Assembly (NCBI GenBank): GCA_021157845.1
Contig: JAGGVU010000019.1
Coordinates: forward strand, 2,410-66,409
Direction: 5' to 3'
Origin: Candidatus Aenigmatarchaeota archaeon
GTDB taxonomy: Archaea; Aenigmatarchaeota; Aenigmatarchaeia; GW2011-AR5; JAGGXF01
DNA length: 64,000 nt
The first letter of the stretch is position 1; every line of letters starts with the position of its first letter. Below are positions 49,568 to 59,877 of the stretch, one piece after another. The translations under genes and the position numbers were made by a program. The notes below the pieces were generated by a model that saw nothing but the letters and a program-made list of their open reading frames with translations, did not search any database and was not told the origin of the DNA.

Positions 49568-50745
49568 TGATAGTTATGATAGAAATCGGCTTGGTAGGAG
49601 TTCCATCATCTGGAAAAAGCACATTTTTCAAGGCAGCCACACTTAAAGATGTTAAGATAGCTTCTTATCCGTTTACAACAATAGAGCCAAATGAGGGGTT
49701 GGCCTATATATCTGTCAAATGCCCGTGTAAGGAGCTTGGACTGAGCTGTTCCTCCTGTATAGATGGTATAAGATTTATTCCAATTAAACTATGGGATGTT
49801 GCAGGGCTTGTTCCTGGCGCACATCTTGGGCGTGGTCATGGCAATGCGTTTTTGGACGATATAATGCAGGCATCTGCTCTTATCCATGTTTTAGATGTTT
49901 CAGGCGGAATAGATTCAGACGGTAACCCAACAGATAATTTTGATCCAGCCAAAAATATACAAATGTTAGAAGAAGAAATTACATACTGGCTTTTGGGAAT
50001 ATTTAAGAAAGATATTCATGCTTATCAAAAAAATCCAGAAAAGTTTAGCGAAATATTTTTAAAGCGCTTTAGCGGGCTTGGTATAACAAAGCAGCACCTT
50101 GATACAACACTTTCATTATCTGGCTTGACGGCAAAAGAACTTTTGGGTTTTGAAGATGAAAATTTGTTTAGATTTATAGATAAAATAAGACAGCTATCAA
50201 AGCCTATAATTATAGCTGCAAATAAAATTGATTTGTCCTCTGCCAAAAATAATTTTATCAGGTTAAAAAAAAGATTTAGCGAAAAAATTATAATTCCAAC
50301 ATCTGCTGAGTGTGAGTTAGCTCTACGTGAAGCATCCGCGAAGCAGATAATAGACTATCTGCCGGGTGCAGCCAGCTTTAAGATTAAGTCAGAAAATATC
50401 ACAGAGCAACAGAGGGAGGCCCTGGAATTTTTGAAAAATTTTTTAATTAAAAATGGCACAACCGGCGTGCAGAATTGTCTTAACAAAATAGTTTTTGACC
50501 TTTTGGATATGATAGTTGTCTATCCTGTTGAAGATGAAAATAAATTTGCACGAAAAGATGGCAAGGTATTGCCAGATGCCCTTTTGGTAAAAAGGGGGAC
50601 AACTGCCAGAGAATTGGCTTATAAGATTCACCAAGAAATAGGGGATAAATTTATAGCTGCTATTGATGCACGAACCAAGCAGCAGGTTTCTGCTGATTAT
50701 GTTTTAAAAAACAATGATATAATATCTATAAGAAGTGGCAGATAA
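49564..50745 (+). CDS. Obg/YchF/Drg-family GTPase with C-terminal TGS domain
   Basis: GLVGVPSSGKST, DVAGLV, AANKID. Confidence 0.7.
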   Translation: MMIVMIEIGLVGVPSSGKSTFFKAATLKDVKIASYPFTTIEPNEGLAYISVKCPCKELGLSCSSCIDGIRFIPIKLWDVAGLVPGAHLGRGHGNAFLDDIMQASALIHVLDVSGGIDSDGNPTDNFDPAKNIQMLEEEITYWLLGIFKKDIHAYQKNPEKFSEIFLKRFSGLGITKQHLDTTLSLSGLTAKELLGFEDENLFRFIDKIRQLSKPIIIAANKIDLSSAKNNFIRLKKRFSEKIIIPTSAECELALREASAKQIIDYLPGAASFKIKSENITEQQREALEFLKNFLIKNGTTGVQNCLNKIVFDLLDMIVVYPVEDENKFARKDGKVLPDALLVKRGTTARELAYKIHQEIGDKFIAAIDARTKQQVSADYVLKNNDIISIRSGR

Positions 50746-52436
50746 TGACATCAGAAATTTTTAAAAAAGAAGTTAAAAGACTACTGAAAGATAAGCTTCT
50801 AGTTGATAATTTAGAAACACCGAAGCTGGAAATAGGTGGAGATGTTGCTCTTCCATGTTTTTTCCTCGCTAAAAAAGAGAAAAAACCACCTTCTGAGATA
50901 GCCAAACGCTTGGCTAAAGATCTTTTGAAGAGGAACAGAAGCAAAATGATAAAAGATATACGCGCAGACGGGTCTTATGTTAATTTTTTTGCAGATAACT
51001 CAATTTTATCTTCTTATATTCTTAAGGTTATACTTGCTGAAAAAGAAAAATATGGCTCTTCTAATATTGGAAAGAGGAAAAGGGTTATGATAGAATTTTC
51101 AAATCCAAACCCCTGCAAAGCTATGCACATAGGTCACGCAAGAACTACGTTTTTAGGTGACGCCCAGTCGAGAATTATGTCTTTTGTAAATTATGATGTT
51201 ATAAGGGCGAATTATTTTAACGACGTTGGAAAACAGGTCGCAAAAGAAGTTTTGGCTTTTAAGTTGTGGGGAAATAAAAAACCAAAAAAGAAGCCAGACC
51301 AATGGCTTGCAGACCTTTATATCAGACTCCATAAGGAGGCGAAAAAAAATCCAGCTCTTTTGAAAGAGGCTCAAAATCTATTATATAAATTTGAGATGAC
51401 TAACGATAAAGCCCTTAAAAAAATATGGAAGCGAGTCGTCTCACTTGCTATAACTGGATTTAAAGAAACGTATAAAAATCTAGGTATAACATTTGATGTC
51501 AATATATTTGAGAGTGAACATAAAGCTCGGGGAAAAGAATTGGTGAAAAGAGCCTTGAAAAAAGGTGTAGCTTTCATAAGCGATGAAAAAACAGTTGTGG
51601 TTGATCTGAAAAAATACGGATTACCTTCCTTTGTTATACTAAGGTCTGATGGAACTGGTGTATATTATACAAGCGATCTAGGTGTGACTGAGTATAAATT
51701 CAAAAAATTTAAGCTGGATAAAGCGGTTTGGGTTGTTGGCGAGGATCAAAAACTGTATTTTAAGCAGTTATTTAAATTGCTAGAGCTCCTTGGATACAAA
51801 TGGGCAAAAAATTGCGTTCACATGTCCTATGGTTTAGTAACCATAAAACATGGAAAAATGTCGTCACGCGCAGGAACATTTGTAACAATAGACGACGTGA
51901 TTGATAAGGTTACCAAGTTGGCCAAAAAAGAAATAGAAAAAAAGAACCCAGCATTAAAAAACAAAGAAAAAATTGCTAACGATATCGGGATAGGCGCGTT
52001 TAAGTTTGCGATTCTGAAGGCAGAGCCAAATAGAGTTGTAGATTTTGATTTGAATGAAATTACAAAATTTGAGGGTAATACAGGCCCATATGTGCAATAT
52101 ACTCATGTTCGTGCGTGCTCCATATTAAAAAAAGCCCGTAAAATTCCAAATGTAAAATTGCTAAACTTTTCTTCTTTTAATGAGAAGGAAGCAAACATAG
52201 TAAAAAAACTTGGCGATTTTCCACTTATTGTAAAAAAAGCATGTGAGGAATACAAGCCATATCTCATAGCCAACTATCTCTTAGATTTATCATCTTTATT
52301 TAACGATTTTTATCACGCATGCAAAGTCATAGGAACAGCTGAAGAAGAAAAAAGATTGTGCATAGTTAAGGGAGTTCAAATAGTTATTCAAAACGGTCTT
52401 AGGCTGCTGGGTATAAAAGCCCTAGAAAATATGTAA
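50745..52436 (+). CDS. argS: arginyl-tRNA synthetase
   Basis: PNPCKAMHIGHARTT class-I HIGH region; 563 aa. Confidence 0.85.
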   Translation: MTSEIFKKEVKRLLKDKLLVDNLETPKLEIGGDVALPCFFLAKKEKKPPSEIAKRLAKDLLKRNRSKMIKDIRADGSYVNFFADNSILSSYILKVILAEKEKYGSSNIGKRKRVMIEFSNPNPCKAMHIGHARTTFLGDAQSRIMSFVNYDVIRANYFNDVGKQVAKEVLAFKLWGNKKPKKKPDQWLADLYIRLHKEAKKNPALLKEAQNLLYKFEMTNDKALKKIWKRVVSLAITGFKETYKNLGITFDVNIFESEHKARGKELVKRALKKGVAFISDEKTVVVDLKKYGLPSFVILRSDGTGVYYTSDLGVTEYKFKKFKLDKAVWVVGEDQKLYFKQLFKLLELLGYKWAKNCVHMSYGLVTIKHGKMSSRAGTFVTIDDVIDKVTKLAKKEIEKKNPALKNKEKIANDIGIGAFKFAILKAEPNRVVDFDLNEITKFEGNTGPYVQYTHVRACSILKKARKIPNVKLLNFSSFNEKEANIVKKLGDFPLIVKKACEEYKPYLIANYLLDLSSLFNDFYHACKVIGTAEEEKRLCIVKGVQIVIQNGLRLLGIKALENM

Positions 52437-52439
52437 ATA

Positions 52440-52946
52440 TTAACGCTTTCTATATAAAAATACAATTTCCATTTCTTTACTTTCTATTGTAAATTCCTTG
52501 ATGAGATCGAGGTCTTTCATTTGCTGTTTTATTTTTTTTATTTTTCTGCCTTTATTTTCTCGGTTGCAAAATGTAGACAATAATAAATATCCATGGTTCT
52601 TCAGGACGCGTTTTATTTCTTTTACATTTTTTATAAGATGTATTGTATCGAGGCAAATTATAAATCCGAATATATTATCTTTAAACGGAAGAGAATTCGC
52701 GTCAGCTATTACATTTTTTAGTTTCACCTTTTGGTTTTTTATCATATTAACATTTTTATCAACGCCTATTATATTTTTTATTTCAATTCCACGCTTTTGT
52801 AAAAATTCTTCAAAAATTCCAGATCCAATCCCGATATCGGCTGTCGGCAGTTTAAGAAGCGGCCGAATATCTATATTTTTGACTATTTGTTTGTATTTTT
52901 CGTTTTGTATAGGTTTCCACGAATTATATATTTTATCTGAATACAT
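52440..52946 (-). CDS. class-I SAM-dependent methyltransferase
   Basis: DIGIGSGIF, FDFIIC-like motif. Confidence 0.6.
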   Translation of the reverse strand: MYSDKIYNSWKPIQNEKYKQIVKNIDIRPLLKLPTADIGIGSGIFEEFLQKRGIEIKNIIGVDKNVNMIKNQKVKLKNVIADANSLPFKDNIFGFIICLDTIHLIKNVKEIKRVLKNHGYLLLSTFCNRENKGRKIKKIKQQMKDLDLIKEFTIESKEMEIVFLYRKR

Positions 52947-52948
52947 AA

Positions 52949-53428
52949 CTATGATGCCAAAGAATTAAATATAGATAATTCTCTTTTTGTAAGTATTTGT
53001 CCGTTTTTTCCATCTATATTGAAGGAATTAATAATCGCTGTTGGATATAAAAGAATATTGACCGTCCAGACATGTTTTTTTAGTTCGCTGTCAAATCTGC
53101 CAATTATTATTATTTTTTTTGTCTTTATCTTGGGATATTTCTTTTTTATATTATTAATTGCAGCAATGGCAGTTATCTTCAATTGGTTTACGTCAATTTC
53201 TTTGGCTTTTTTAATAGCTTTCGATGTTCCCTCAATTTTAGCTTCTTTGTTAACATTTATTGTTATTATTTCATTTTTTTGAGGATTTAAGAAATGAAGT
53301 TTCCAATAGCTTATGCTTTTTGCCTCAATGGTCTCAGCTATCGTCAGCCCAGATACCAAATAAAATCCAGAATGTTTTAGATATTTAAATTTCTCTTCAG
53401 CTTTTTCAACTGCTTCTCTTAATTTCAA
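52949..53428 (-). CDS. hypothetical protein
   Basis: 159-aa ORF. Confidence 0.3.
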   Translation of the reverse strand: MKLREAVEKAEEKFKYLKHSGFYLVSGLTIAETIEAKSISYWKLHFLNPQKNEIITINVNKEAKIEGTSKAIKKAKEIDVNQLKITAIAAINNIKKKYPKIKTKKIIIIGRFDSELKKHVWTVNILLYPTAIINSFNIDGKNGQILTKRELSIFNSLAS

Positions 53429-53492
53429 CTAAAACACCAAATAATAATTATAAAAATAATAAAAATAAAAAGAATACTAAAACAGGAGCTAT

Positions 53493-53729
53493 TTAAACTT
53501 CTTTTAGTTTTTCAGAAATAAAGTTTACTACTTCATTTTCCAAAGGAACTGTGAAAGACCTTTTATATCGTCTTGTTCCATCAGGCAAGAAAAATCCTCT
53601 TGAAAGGGAAATAAACTCATTTTCTCCTTCTTCTGTTATTGCCTTCTTTCTTGCTACTTCGATGAAGTTGTTGTTTCCAAATTTTACTTCTTCCGATTTT
53701 ATGGTTTGAAATTCTACCATTTTTTTCAC
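53493..53729 (-). CDS. possible PC4-like ssDNA-binding transcription cofactor homolog
   Basis: 78 aa; FIEVARKK...ISLSRG...PDGTRRYKRSFTVPLE roughly parallels PC4 C-terminal domain YVSVRDF...IDIREY..PEGEMKPGRKGISL. Confidence 0.35.
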   Translation of the reverse strand: MKKMVEFQTIKSEEVKFGNNNFIEVARKKAITEEGENEFISLSRGFFLPDGTRRYKRSFTVPLENEVVNFISEKLKEV

Positions 53730-54028
53730 ATCCTTTTATTTTTTATATTTATAATGAAGAGAAAGACTTTAAAAGGTTTCCTTTTTTGGTTATGCTTAGT
53801 GAGCATCTGATTAAAATAAAGTCCATTGAGCATATGGTTTTGGCTCAAAAGATATTTTATCTAAAAATATCTTCAGAAGATGTGTTGAATAGTTAAAACA
53901 TAAATGCATCAGGTAGACTTACTGCTGGTATAACACCATTGGTCTGAGTTCATATCTGGCAAGAAATTGAACGAGAGGAATATCGAAAAGTTCAGGCGAC
54001 GAACCGATGCTGACCTTTACATAGCCAT

Positions 54029-55066
54029 CTACTCTGCATCCTCATTAAACCACTTCCTGATTACATCTTCAGCAGGCTTAGTTCTATATTCCCAACCCTT
54101 ATATACTGGGAAGAAATATCCGTCTACATCATTCCACGTTATATTGAAAAACATGTCATAAAACTCAGCCTGTGATTCAGGAGAAACAGTAAAAAAATCT
54201 TCTGGCCACCCATCTGAATTATTTTTCATGTTCTTTGGAGCAATTGGCTCCCACCAGTAATAATCTGGCCCTGTAAAAGCACCGGCGTTGAAGAAGAGAT
54301 ATTTGAATCCCGGGTAGTTTAATTTAAGTGCTAAAAATTCTTCATTAATCATTTCTTCGATCCACTCTGGATGGTCAGCAATATCCTTTGTGCACGTAAG
54401 CCCACCATCTGCAAGATAATCATACTCTGTTAGGTTATACAGATGATCTTTGGCACCCTGAACTTCAAAAACTATCTTTCCTCTGTATTTTTCTCTAATC
54501 TTGGGCAATATTTCCTGTGCCCATTCAGAAACATCATTATCGTTTTTATAAGCTAGCATTTGCGGTTCATTCACAGGGCAAAACATCTCGACACCATATT
54601 CTTCAGCAATAGCTGACCAATTCAGTATAAGAGCTGTGAGTTTATCTAATAAAACTCTTCCCTTTCCTTCTGGAGAATTTGGATCTATTTTACTATCCGG
54701 ATTTGCGGGATTTAAGATTAACAATGTCCTGATGTCATTTTTGTGAAAGTCGTTTATTGAATTCTTTATCTCATTTTCATCTTCACAAATATAGAAATTA
54801 TCATCTTTCTCATTTTTGCATACTTTAATCCCGATTGCGACGATGTTTATACCATCTAGCTTAAGATTATCAATGTCGCCTAAAGCTATCCGAACTTCCC
54901 TTAAAAAGGGCATCCATATTCCTTTATATTTTGTTATACTCGTATCAGAAGGTTTGATAATGACAGAACCTTCGGTGACCTCACTTGTTTGCTTTGTTAA
55001 AAAATAGAAGCCGGCTGTAGCCATAGCCACAATGAGCAAAAGCAAAATCGTTAATTTATTTTTCAT
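54029..55066 (-). CDS. secreted or membrane-anchored GH5-like (cellulase-superfamily) glycoside hydrolase
   Basis: N-terminal TM/signal; CPVNEPQ (NEP catalytic-acid motif); 345 aa. Confidence 0.45.
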   Translation of the reverse strand: MKNKLTILLLLIVAMATAGFYFLTKQTSEVTEGSVIIKPSDTSITKYKGIWMPFLREVRIALGDIDNLKLDGINIVAIGIKVCKNEKDDNFYICEDENEIKNSINDFHKNDIRTLLILNPANPDSKIDPNSPEGKGRVLLDKLTALILNWSAIAEEYGVEMFCPVNEPQMLAYKNDNDVSEWAQEILPKIREKYRGKIVFEVQGAKDHLYNLTEYDYLADGGLTCTKDIADHPEWIEEMINEEFLALKLNYPGFKYLFFNAGAFTGPDYYWWEPIAPKNMKNNSDGWPEDFFTVSPESQAEFYDMFFNITWNDVDGYFFPVYKGWEYRTKPAEDVIRKWFNEDAE

Positions 55067-55129
55067 ATTAAAATCTTATGCAAATTTCTTTTAAAACTTT
55101 CTTTTAGTGCAGCTTCTGAGAGTCTACAA

Positions 55130-56989
55130 CTAGCAACTGCTGTCAAAAAAATTTTTTATGTGATGGTCGGGATGTTTTGTTATTATAGCTCTGAAATCAG
55201 ATGGAAATATTTTCTTATAATTGCCCCACACATACCGCTTATCCATAAAAATGACAACGCCTCTATCAGTTTCTGACCTTATACATCGGCCAGCAGCTTG
55301 CATAGCTTTTATCATGGCCGGATATATGTACGCATAGTCCCACCCTTTTGTAAATTTTTTGTCGTAATAATCTATTATTGCCTTGGTTTCTAATGTCGGC
55401 TTTGAAAGAGGTATTCCCACAATTATTACTGCTCTTAGAAACTTACCTGGAAGGTCTATTCCTTGATCAAAAGACCCGCCTATCACTCCGAACAATGCAG
55501 CACCTTTGTCAGCATAGGAGACAAATTCATCTATAAGATTTTTTCTTTCTTCCTTAGTTGCATCTTTCTTTTCCAATATTATCTCTCTATTTATTTCAGA
55601 GGCCGTGAGAATTGTATAATAAATTTTGTTTCTCATCTCATAGCTAGGAAAAAATACAGCTACATTTCCAGGCACAGTATTGATGCACCTTATTAGATAA
55701 TTTGCTATTTTTTTATATTCATTTTCATTTCTATTTTCATATTTTGTTGTCACATCAGTTAGTATAAGGTTAAGTCTGCTTTTTGCTGGAAAAGACGAGT
55801 GGTATTCTTTTTTTAGTGTTCGCCTCTTTTCCAGTCCCAGAAGATCTTCATACATATTCATCGGTTTTAGCGTTCCTGACATCAAAATGGCAGAATGTAC
55901 ATCATTAAAAATATCTTTCGATATAATAGAGGGGTCGAGACAACTATATGTCAATACTATTTTATTATCTGTTTTTGTTATTATTCTTGTATATCCAAGG
56001 TCGTCTCCAAGCCATCTCTCAAGGAAATTTCCAACAGAGCCTATAAATGATTTCTTTTTTTCTTCTCTTATCTCGTTACCTGCAACATGAAATTTTTCAA
56101 TAAGTGAGTAGTAGTCATCAATTTCTTCCACCAGCTTTATAAATACATCTTTCTTAATATATGCTTCTTCATCAGACCTTCCCGCAAGTTTTGTAATTAC
56201 TTTTTCAAGTTCTTGCAGATTTTCCTTTATTATAGGTGCTTCAAATTCTTCTGCCTCTTTCATAGCAGCTTTCAGCAAAAAGGAAGAGAGCTTTAAGGTA
56301 AGGAGCGATCTTATTCTGTTTGGAAGGTTATGTGCTTCGTCTATTACTAATATAATATCACCCAACGGCTTTTCTACGTTTTCCAATATTGGCGCACTTG
56401 CCGAGGAAAATATATGAAAATAATCTGCTACTATGACATTTGCTTCTTTTGCCATTCTCATCGTAAGTTCATATGGGCACAGGCGTTCATCCTTACAATA
56501 GTAATAAACATCTTCTGTGTGGAGAGGCTGCTTTATTTTTAGGTTCCTGATTACATTTCTGGCTTTTTTTCTTAGCTTGCCGTCTTTTATCGTATTTTTA
56601 TAAAACATACACTTATTATCTTTTCGCATAATTTTGCAATATTCTGTAAAATCGCTATTTGATAATTTATCTATATAAGGAACAGGACAGAGCCATTTTT
56701 TACCTATCAGGTCAACGGCAATGAAATCTTCATCAGAGGAATTTTTAATCATCTTCAACGTTTCTATTGCTAAGAGATGCTGAGAATGTCTGGGTGTTAG
56801 AAAGAAAATAATTTTTTCATTGTCTAGTGCATATTTTAATGCTGGTGCGAGAACAGCCACTGTTTTTCCTATCCCGGTAGGCGCATGTGCCAATAATATT
56901 TTTTTGTTCGCCAGACATAAATTAACATCGTTGAGAAATTCTTTTTGGCCCGGTCTGATTTTTTTAAACGGAAAGAAAGATGTACGCAT
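55130..56989 (-). CDS. xpd: XPD/Rad3-family Fe-S DNA helicase
   Basis: AHAPTGIGKT; four-Cys Fe-S domain; DEAH box VIDEAHN. Confidence 0.8.
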   Translation of the reverse strand: MRTSFFPFKKIRPGQKEFLNDVNLCLANKKILLAHAPTGIGKTVAVLAPALKYALDNEKIIFFLTPRHSQHLLAIETLKMIKNSSDEDFIAVDLIGKKWLCPVPYIDKLSNSDFTEYCKIMRKDNKCMFYKNTIKDGKLRKKARNVIRNLKIKQPLHTEDVYYYCKDERLCPYELTMRMAKEANVIVADYFHIFSSASAPILENVEKPLGDIILVIDEAHNLPNRIRSLLTLKLSSFLLKAAMKEAEEFEAPIIKENLQELEKVITKLAGRSDEEAYIKKDVFIKLVEEIDDYYSLIEKFHVAGNEIREEKKKSFIGSVGNFLERWLGDDLGYTRIITKTDNKIVLTYSCLDPSIISKDIFNDVHSAILMSGTLKPMNMYEDLLGLEKRRTLKKEYHSSFPAKSRLNLILTDVTTKYENRNENEYKKIANYLIRCINTVPGNVAVFFPSYEMRNKIYYTILTASEINREIILEKKDATKEERKNLIDEFVSYADKGAALFGVIGGSFDQGIDLPGKFLRAVIIVGIPLSKPTLETKAIIDYYDKKFTKGWDYAYIYPAMIKAMQAAGRCIRSETDRGVVIFMDKRYVWGNYKKIFPSDFRAIITKHPDHHIKNFFDSSC

Positions 56990-57000
56990 GGTAATAGATT

Positions 57001-57318
57001 TTGTTTAACGTATTTAAATTTATAACTATGAGTTTAATAGTGATTTACATGAATTATAAGAAGAATGAAGCCGATGATGAAATTTCGCTTCTGGATATGA
57101 AGCCAGGATATGCGACGATAAAAGAGATTCGCGGCGGCATAGGAATGAGACAACGATTAACTAAAATGGGCATACAAATAGATGAATATGTCAGGAAATT
57201 ACCATCACGGATTGGTCCATGCTTGGTAGAAGTTAAGGGCAGCCAGATAGCTATCGGGCGCGGAATAGCAAATAAAATAATTATGGATAAAAATTCTTAT
57301 AAGAAGACGATGGATTAA
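57001..57318 (+). CDS. FeoA-domain protein
   Basis: ...TIKEIRGGIGMRQRLTKMGI..G..V...GP..VEVKGSQIAIGRG.A; true start probably internal (about 57049). Confidence 0.5.
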   Translation: MFNVFKFITMSLIVIYMNYKKNEADDEISLLDMKPGYATIKEIRGGIGMRQRLTKMGIQIDEYVRKLPSRIGPCLVEVKGSQIAIGRGIANKIIMDKNSYKKTMD

Positions 57319-57645
57319 TTAGTCAAGGATTTTCGGTAATCCCAGTGAAAGAAGTGAGATGCAATCATTTTCTATTTTTGGCAATCCTATAGAAAGAACT
57401 GATATATCTTCATAAGTTGTCCATGGAGGAATAATTATGTCAACCTCTTTACCATTAATATCTTTTTTACCGATTACAGCTAAATATCCTTCGCCGGTTT
57501 TTTCTTTGGTTTGCGTGTAAAATGCAATTGCTCTGTTAATAAGCTCTCCCACGCTAATACCTTCTTCTTCTGCTTTCTTTACGAGATATCCATTATCCTG
57601 AAACCTTATTTCTTCATTTGGGAACTTCAGGGTATACATTGTCAT
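57319..57645 (-). CDS. hypothetical protein with C-terminal tandem repeat
   Basis: 108 aa; SVLSIGLPKIENDCISLLSLGLPKILD. Confidence 0.35.
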   Translation of the reverse strand: MTMYTLKFPNEEIRFQDNGYLVKKAEEEGISVGELINRAIAFYTQTKEKTGEGYLAVIGKKDINGKEVDIIIPPWTTYEDISVLSIGLPKIENDCISLLSLGLPKILD

Positions 57646-57665
57646 CTTATCACACTACTATTTAT

Positions 57666-58859
57666 TCAATAATCTTTTAATGTCTTTTGTTTTAACTGTC
57701 TCAGAAGCCAGCTTTTTTCTGTCCATTGCGGAATTTTTCTTGTATATTTTATTACGTTTTCCAAGCTTTTAAATTTTATTGCTTTTTTATTAAAGCAACC
57801 CCTTACAGTTTCGCGAACCACCCACACGCCAAGCGGAATAAAATATTCGTCTGATATTTTTCTTAATATCAGCACAGATGCCTGCCTTTTTATTTTATTT
57901 AAATATTCTGCAACACCAAGCCGGGCTGCGTAATAACCGCCTGTGACATTTGATGCATAATTTTTTCTGCCAAAATAGGCTTCATAATCCTGACTGATAA
58001 AGTATTCATTTCTTCTATTCCATACAGAATTCTTTTTCCAGAATTCCATGATTTCAAAGCTCCACAAAGATGGAACTAAGATTATAAGAAAATAGTTTCC
58101 CAGATAGCTATTTTCAAATATTTGGTACTCGTTTATGAGTGGATATTTTTTTATATTTTCAATAAGATTCTTGGATATAACATCATCTGTTGCTGTTATA
58201 GACCAGCGGGTTGGAACAATCTTTTTTTGTGTCTTTGTGCCAAGCAGACCGGCTGAGAATATTTTTTGTATTTGGTTAATATCTGTCAATTTATAGAGTT
58301 TGGTTAGTTGCTCTTCTGCCTTTAAATCATCTCTGACAACATATTCAATTTTTGATGATATTTTTGTGTTTTCGGTTATTACGATTTTTTTTAACTTAGC
58401 AGATGAGCCAATTGGTGCCGTTCTTGTGTCCAAAGATACAACTATCTTTGGTCTTTTACTAAGGATTATTTCACTGGTAACTGGTCTTTTTGCAAGAGCC
58501 ACTTCTTGTACAACTTCTAAAAATTTTTTATCTAGTTTAGCCGGCTTTATGTTTCCTGGTTTTTTGGAGTTTATTAGTTGGTACCTTGTTTCAAGAACAC
58601 TTTGTATCTCATATCTTTTCTTATACCAATAGTCTGGGCTATCCATCGTCCAAGAATTTTTATCTACAACCGGCGGACCAACAATTCCTATATTTACATT
58701 CGGGTATGAATATGTTCCAACAAATACTGAAGGTAATGAGCTGTTGAAATTTTCTTTCACAGATTTGACTTTTTGAACGGAATCAGCAATTCTTTTTAGA
58801 ATTTTACACGGCTTTCCGCACAGACCCTTTCCTTTGCAACGTATACACAGATAATCCAT
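57666..58859 (-). CDS. Nre-family (archaeal DNA-repair-associated) protein
   Basis: N-terminal CIRCKGKGLCGKPC zinc-finger signature; about 400 aa. Confidence 0.45.
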   Translation of the reverse strand: MDYLCIRCKGKGLCGKPCKILKRIADSVQKVKSVKENFNSSLPSVFVGTYSYPNVNIGIVGPPVVDKNSWTMDSPDYWYKKRYEIQSVLETRYQLINSKKPGNIKPAKLDKKFLEVVQEVALAKRPVTSEIILSKRPKIVVSLDTRTAPIGSSAKLKKIVITENTKISSKIEYVVRDDLKAEEQLTKLYKLTDINQIQKIFSAGLLGTKTQKKIVPTRWSITATDDVISKNLIENIKKYPLINEYQIFENSYLGNYFLIILVPSLWSFEIMEFWKKNSVWNRRNEYFISQDYEAYFGRKNYASNVTGGYYAARLGVAEYLNKIKRQASVLILRKISDEYFIPLGVWVVRETVRGCFNKKAIKFKSLENVIKYTRKIPQWTEKSWLLRQLKQKTLKDY

Positions 58860-58890
58860 AATAATGAGCCATGAGAAAAATAAATAAAGT

Positions 58891-59877
58891 TCAATACCAG
58901 ATGGTTCTTGTAAGATGGTGTGGTTTTTTTATTTCGCCATTTCTTCCCACACTCCATAGAGCATAATCTACATGAAGCGCATTCACATTATAGTCAGAGT
59001 CAATTTCTTTTATTAACTTATCTGCTGCATGAATGGTGGCTGCCCTAATTTCTAGTTCTTCCCTTGAGCCAGCATCTATTGGGATTTTATTGTCGACCTT
59101 TTCTCTCAATTCTTTGGTATAGTTAAGCATTTTCATTTCTCGCAATGCTTTGGGCAGTTCATAATCAGCAAATACTGTTAGTTTGTCAATATCTTGAAAT
59201 GGTTTTTTGTCCTGCAATCTTCCATAAATCATTCCAGCAGCCAGCTGTGCCCTTTTATTAAAGTGAACTATTCTTGCGCGGATTCCATCATAGGCCACAC
59301 ACGAATCATTATATGATGGAAAATCATTTACCAGCCTTTCTACAAATCCATCTCCATTGTTAAAAAGCTTTCCATTTGCTTTGTCAAATAAATTATAAAA
59401 GTGTCCGCCGTATTTATCTACAAGAATTTCACCGGCTTCTTGAAGAATTATTTGTCTTTCCTCCAGCATTGGCATCGGCGGATTGCCAGCAAATATTTTT
59501 TCAACATCTTTTTTTGTTAATGCCTTCAGATAATCTCCGCAAAGTATTTGTTCATCTGTTTCTTTCAACGCTCTTTTAAGAGCAGCCCACATGCCGAATG
59601 CTCCGAACCAATGGCCATTATAGTTGACAGAGAATGTTTCGCCGGTTTCAAAATCTGTAAAAGCAAAATTTACAAGATTTCCGACACACAAGAAATCTAC
59701 TATTGTTTCGATATCATCAGTTTCAGGAAAAACAGGCGCATCCCACCTTGGTATTTTTAGTTCCTCTTTCGCGAATTCTTTACCCACCTCTTTGACTTTA
59801 TGGTTGTTTATAAAAACGTATTTTGGATGTTCCACCAAAAATCTTGTCGATTCCAAAACGTTATTCATGTTTACCAT
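58891..59877 (-). CDS. Qng1/DUF2419 queuosine-salvage protein homolog (queuosine-5'-phosphate N-glycosylase family)
   Basis: MPMLEERQIILQEAGEILVDKYGG, FPSYND, FNKRAQLAAG, FADYELPKAL, EELEIRAA, DYALWS, PHHLTRTIWY follow the conserved blocks of human C9orf64/QNG1. Confidence 0.75.
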   Translation of the reverse strand: MVNMNNVLESTRFLVEHPKYVFINNHKVKEVGKEFAKEELKIPRWDAPVFPETDDIETIVDFLCVGNLVNFAFTDFETGETFSVNYNGHWFGAFGMWAALKRALKETDEQILCGDYLKALTKKDVEKIFAGNPPMPMLEERQIILQEAGEILVDKYGGHFYNLFDKANGKLFNNGDGFVERLVNDFPSYNDSCVAYDGIRARIVHFNKRAQLAAGMIYGRLQDKKPFQDIDKLTVFADYELPKALREMKMLNYTKELREKVDNKIPIDAGSREELEIRAATIHAADKLIKEIDSDYNVNALHVDYALWSVGRNGEIKKPHHLTRTIWY

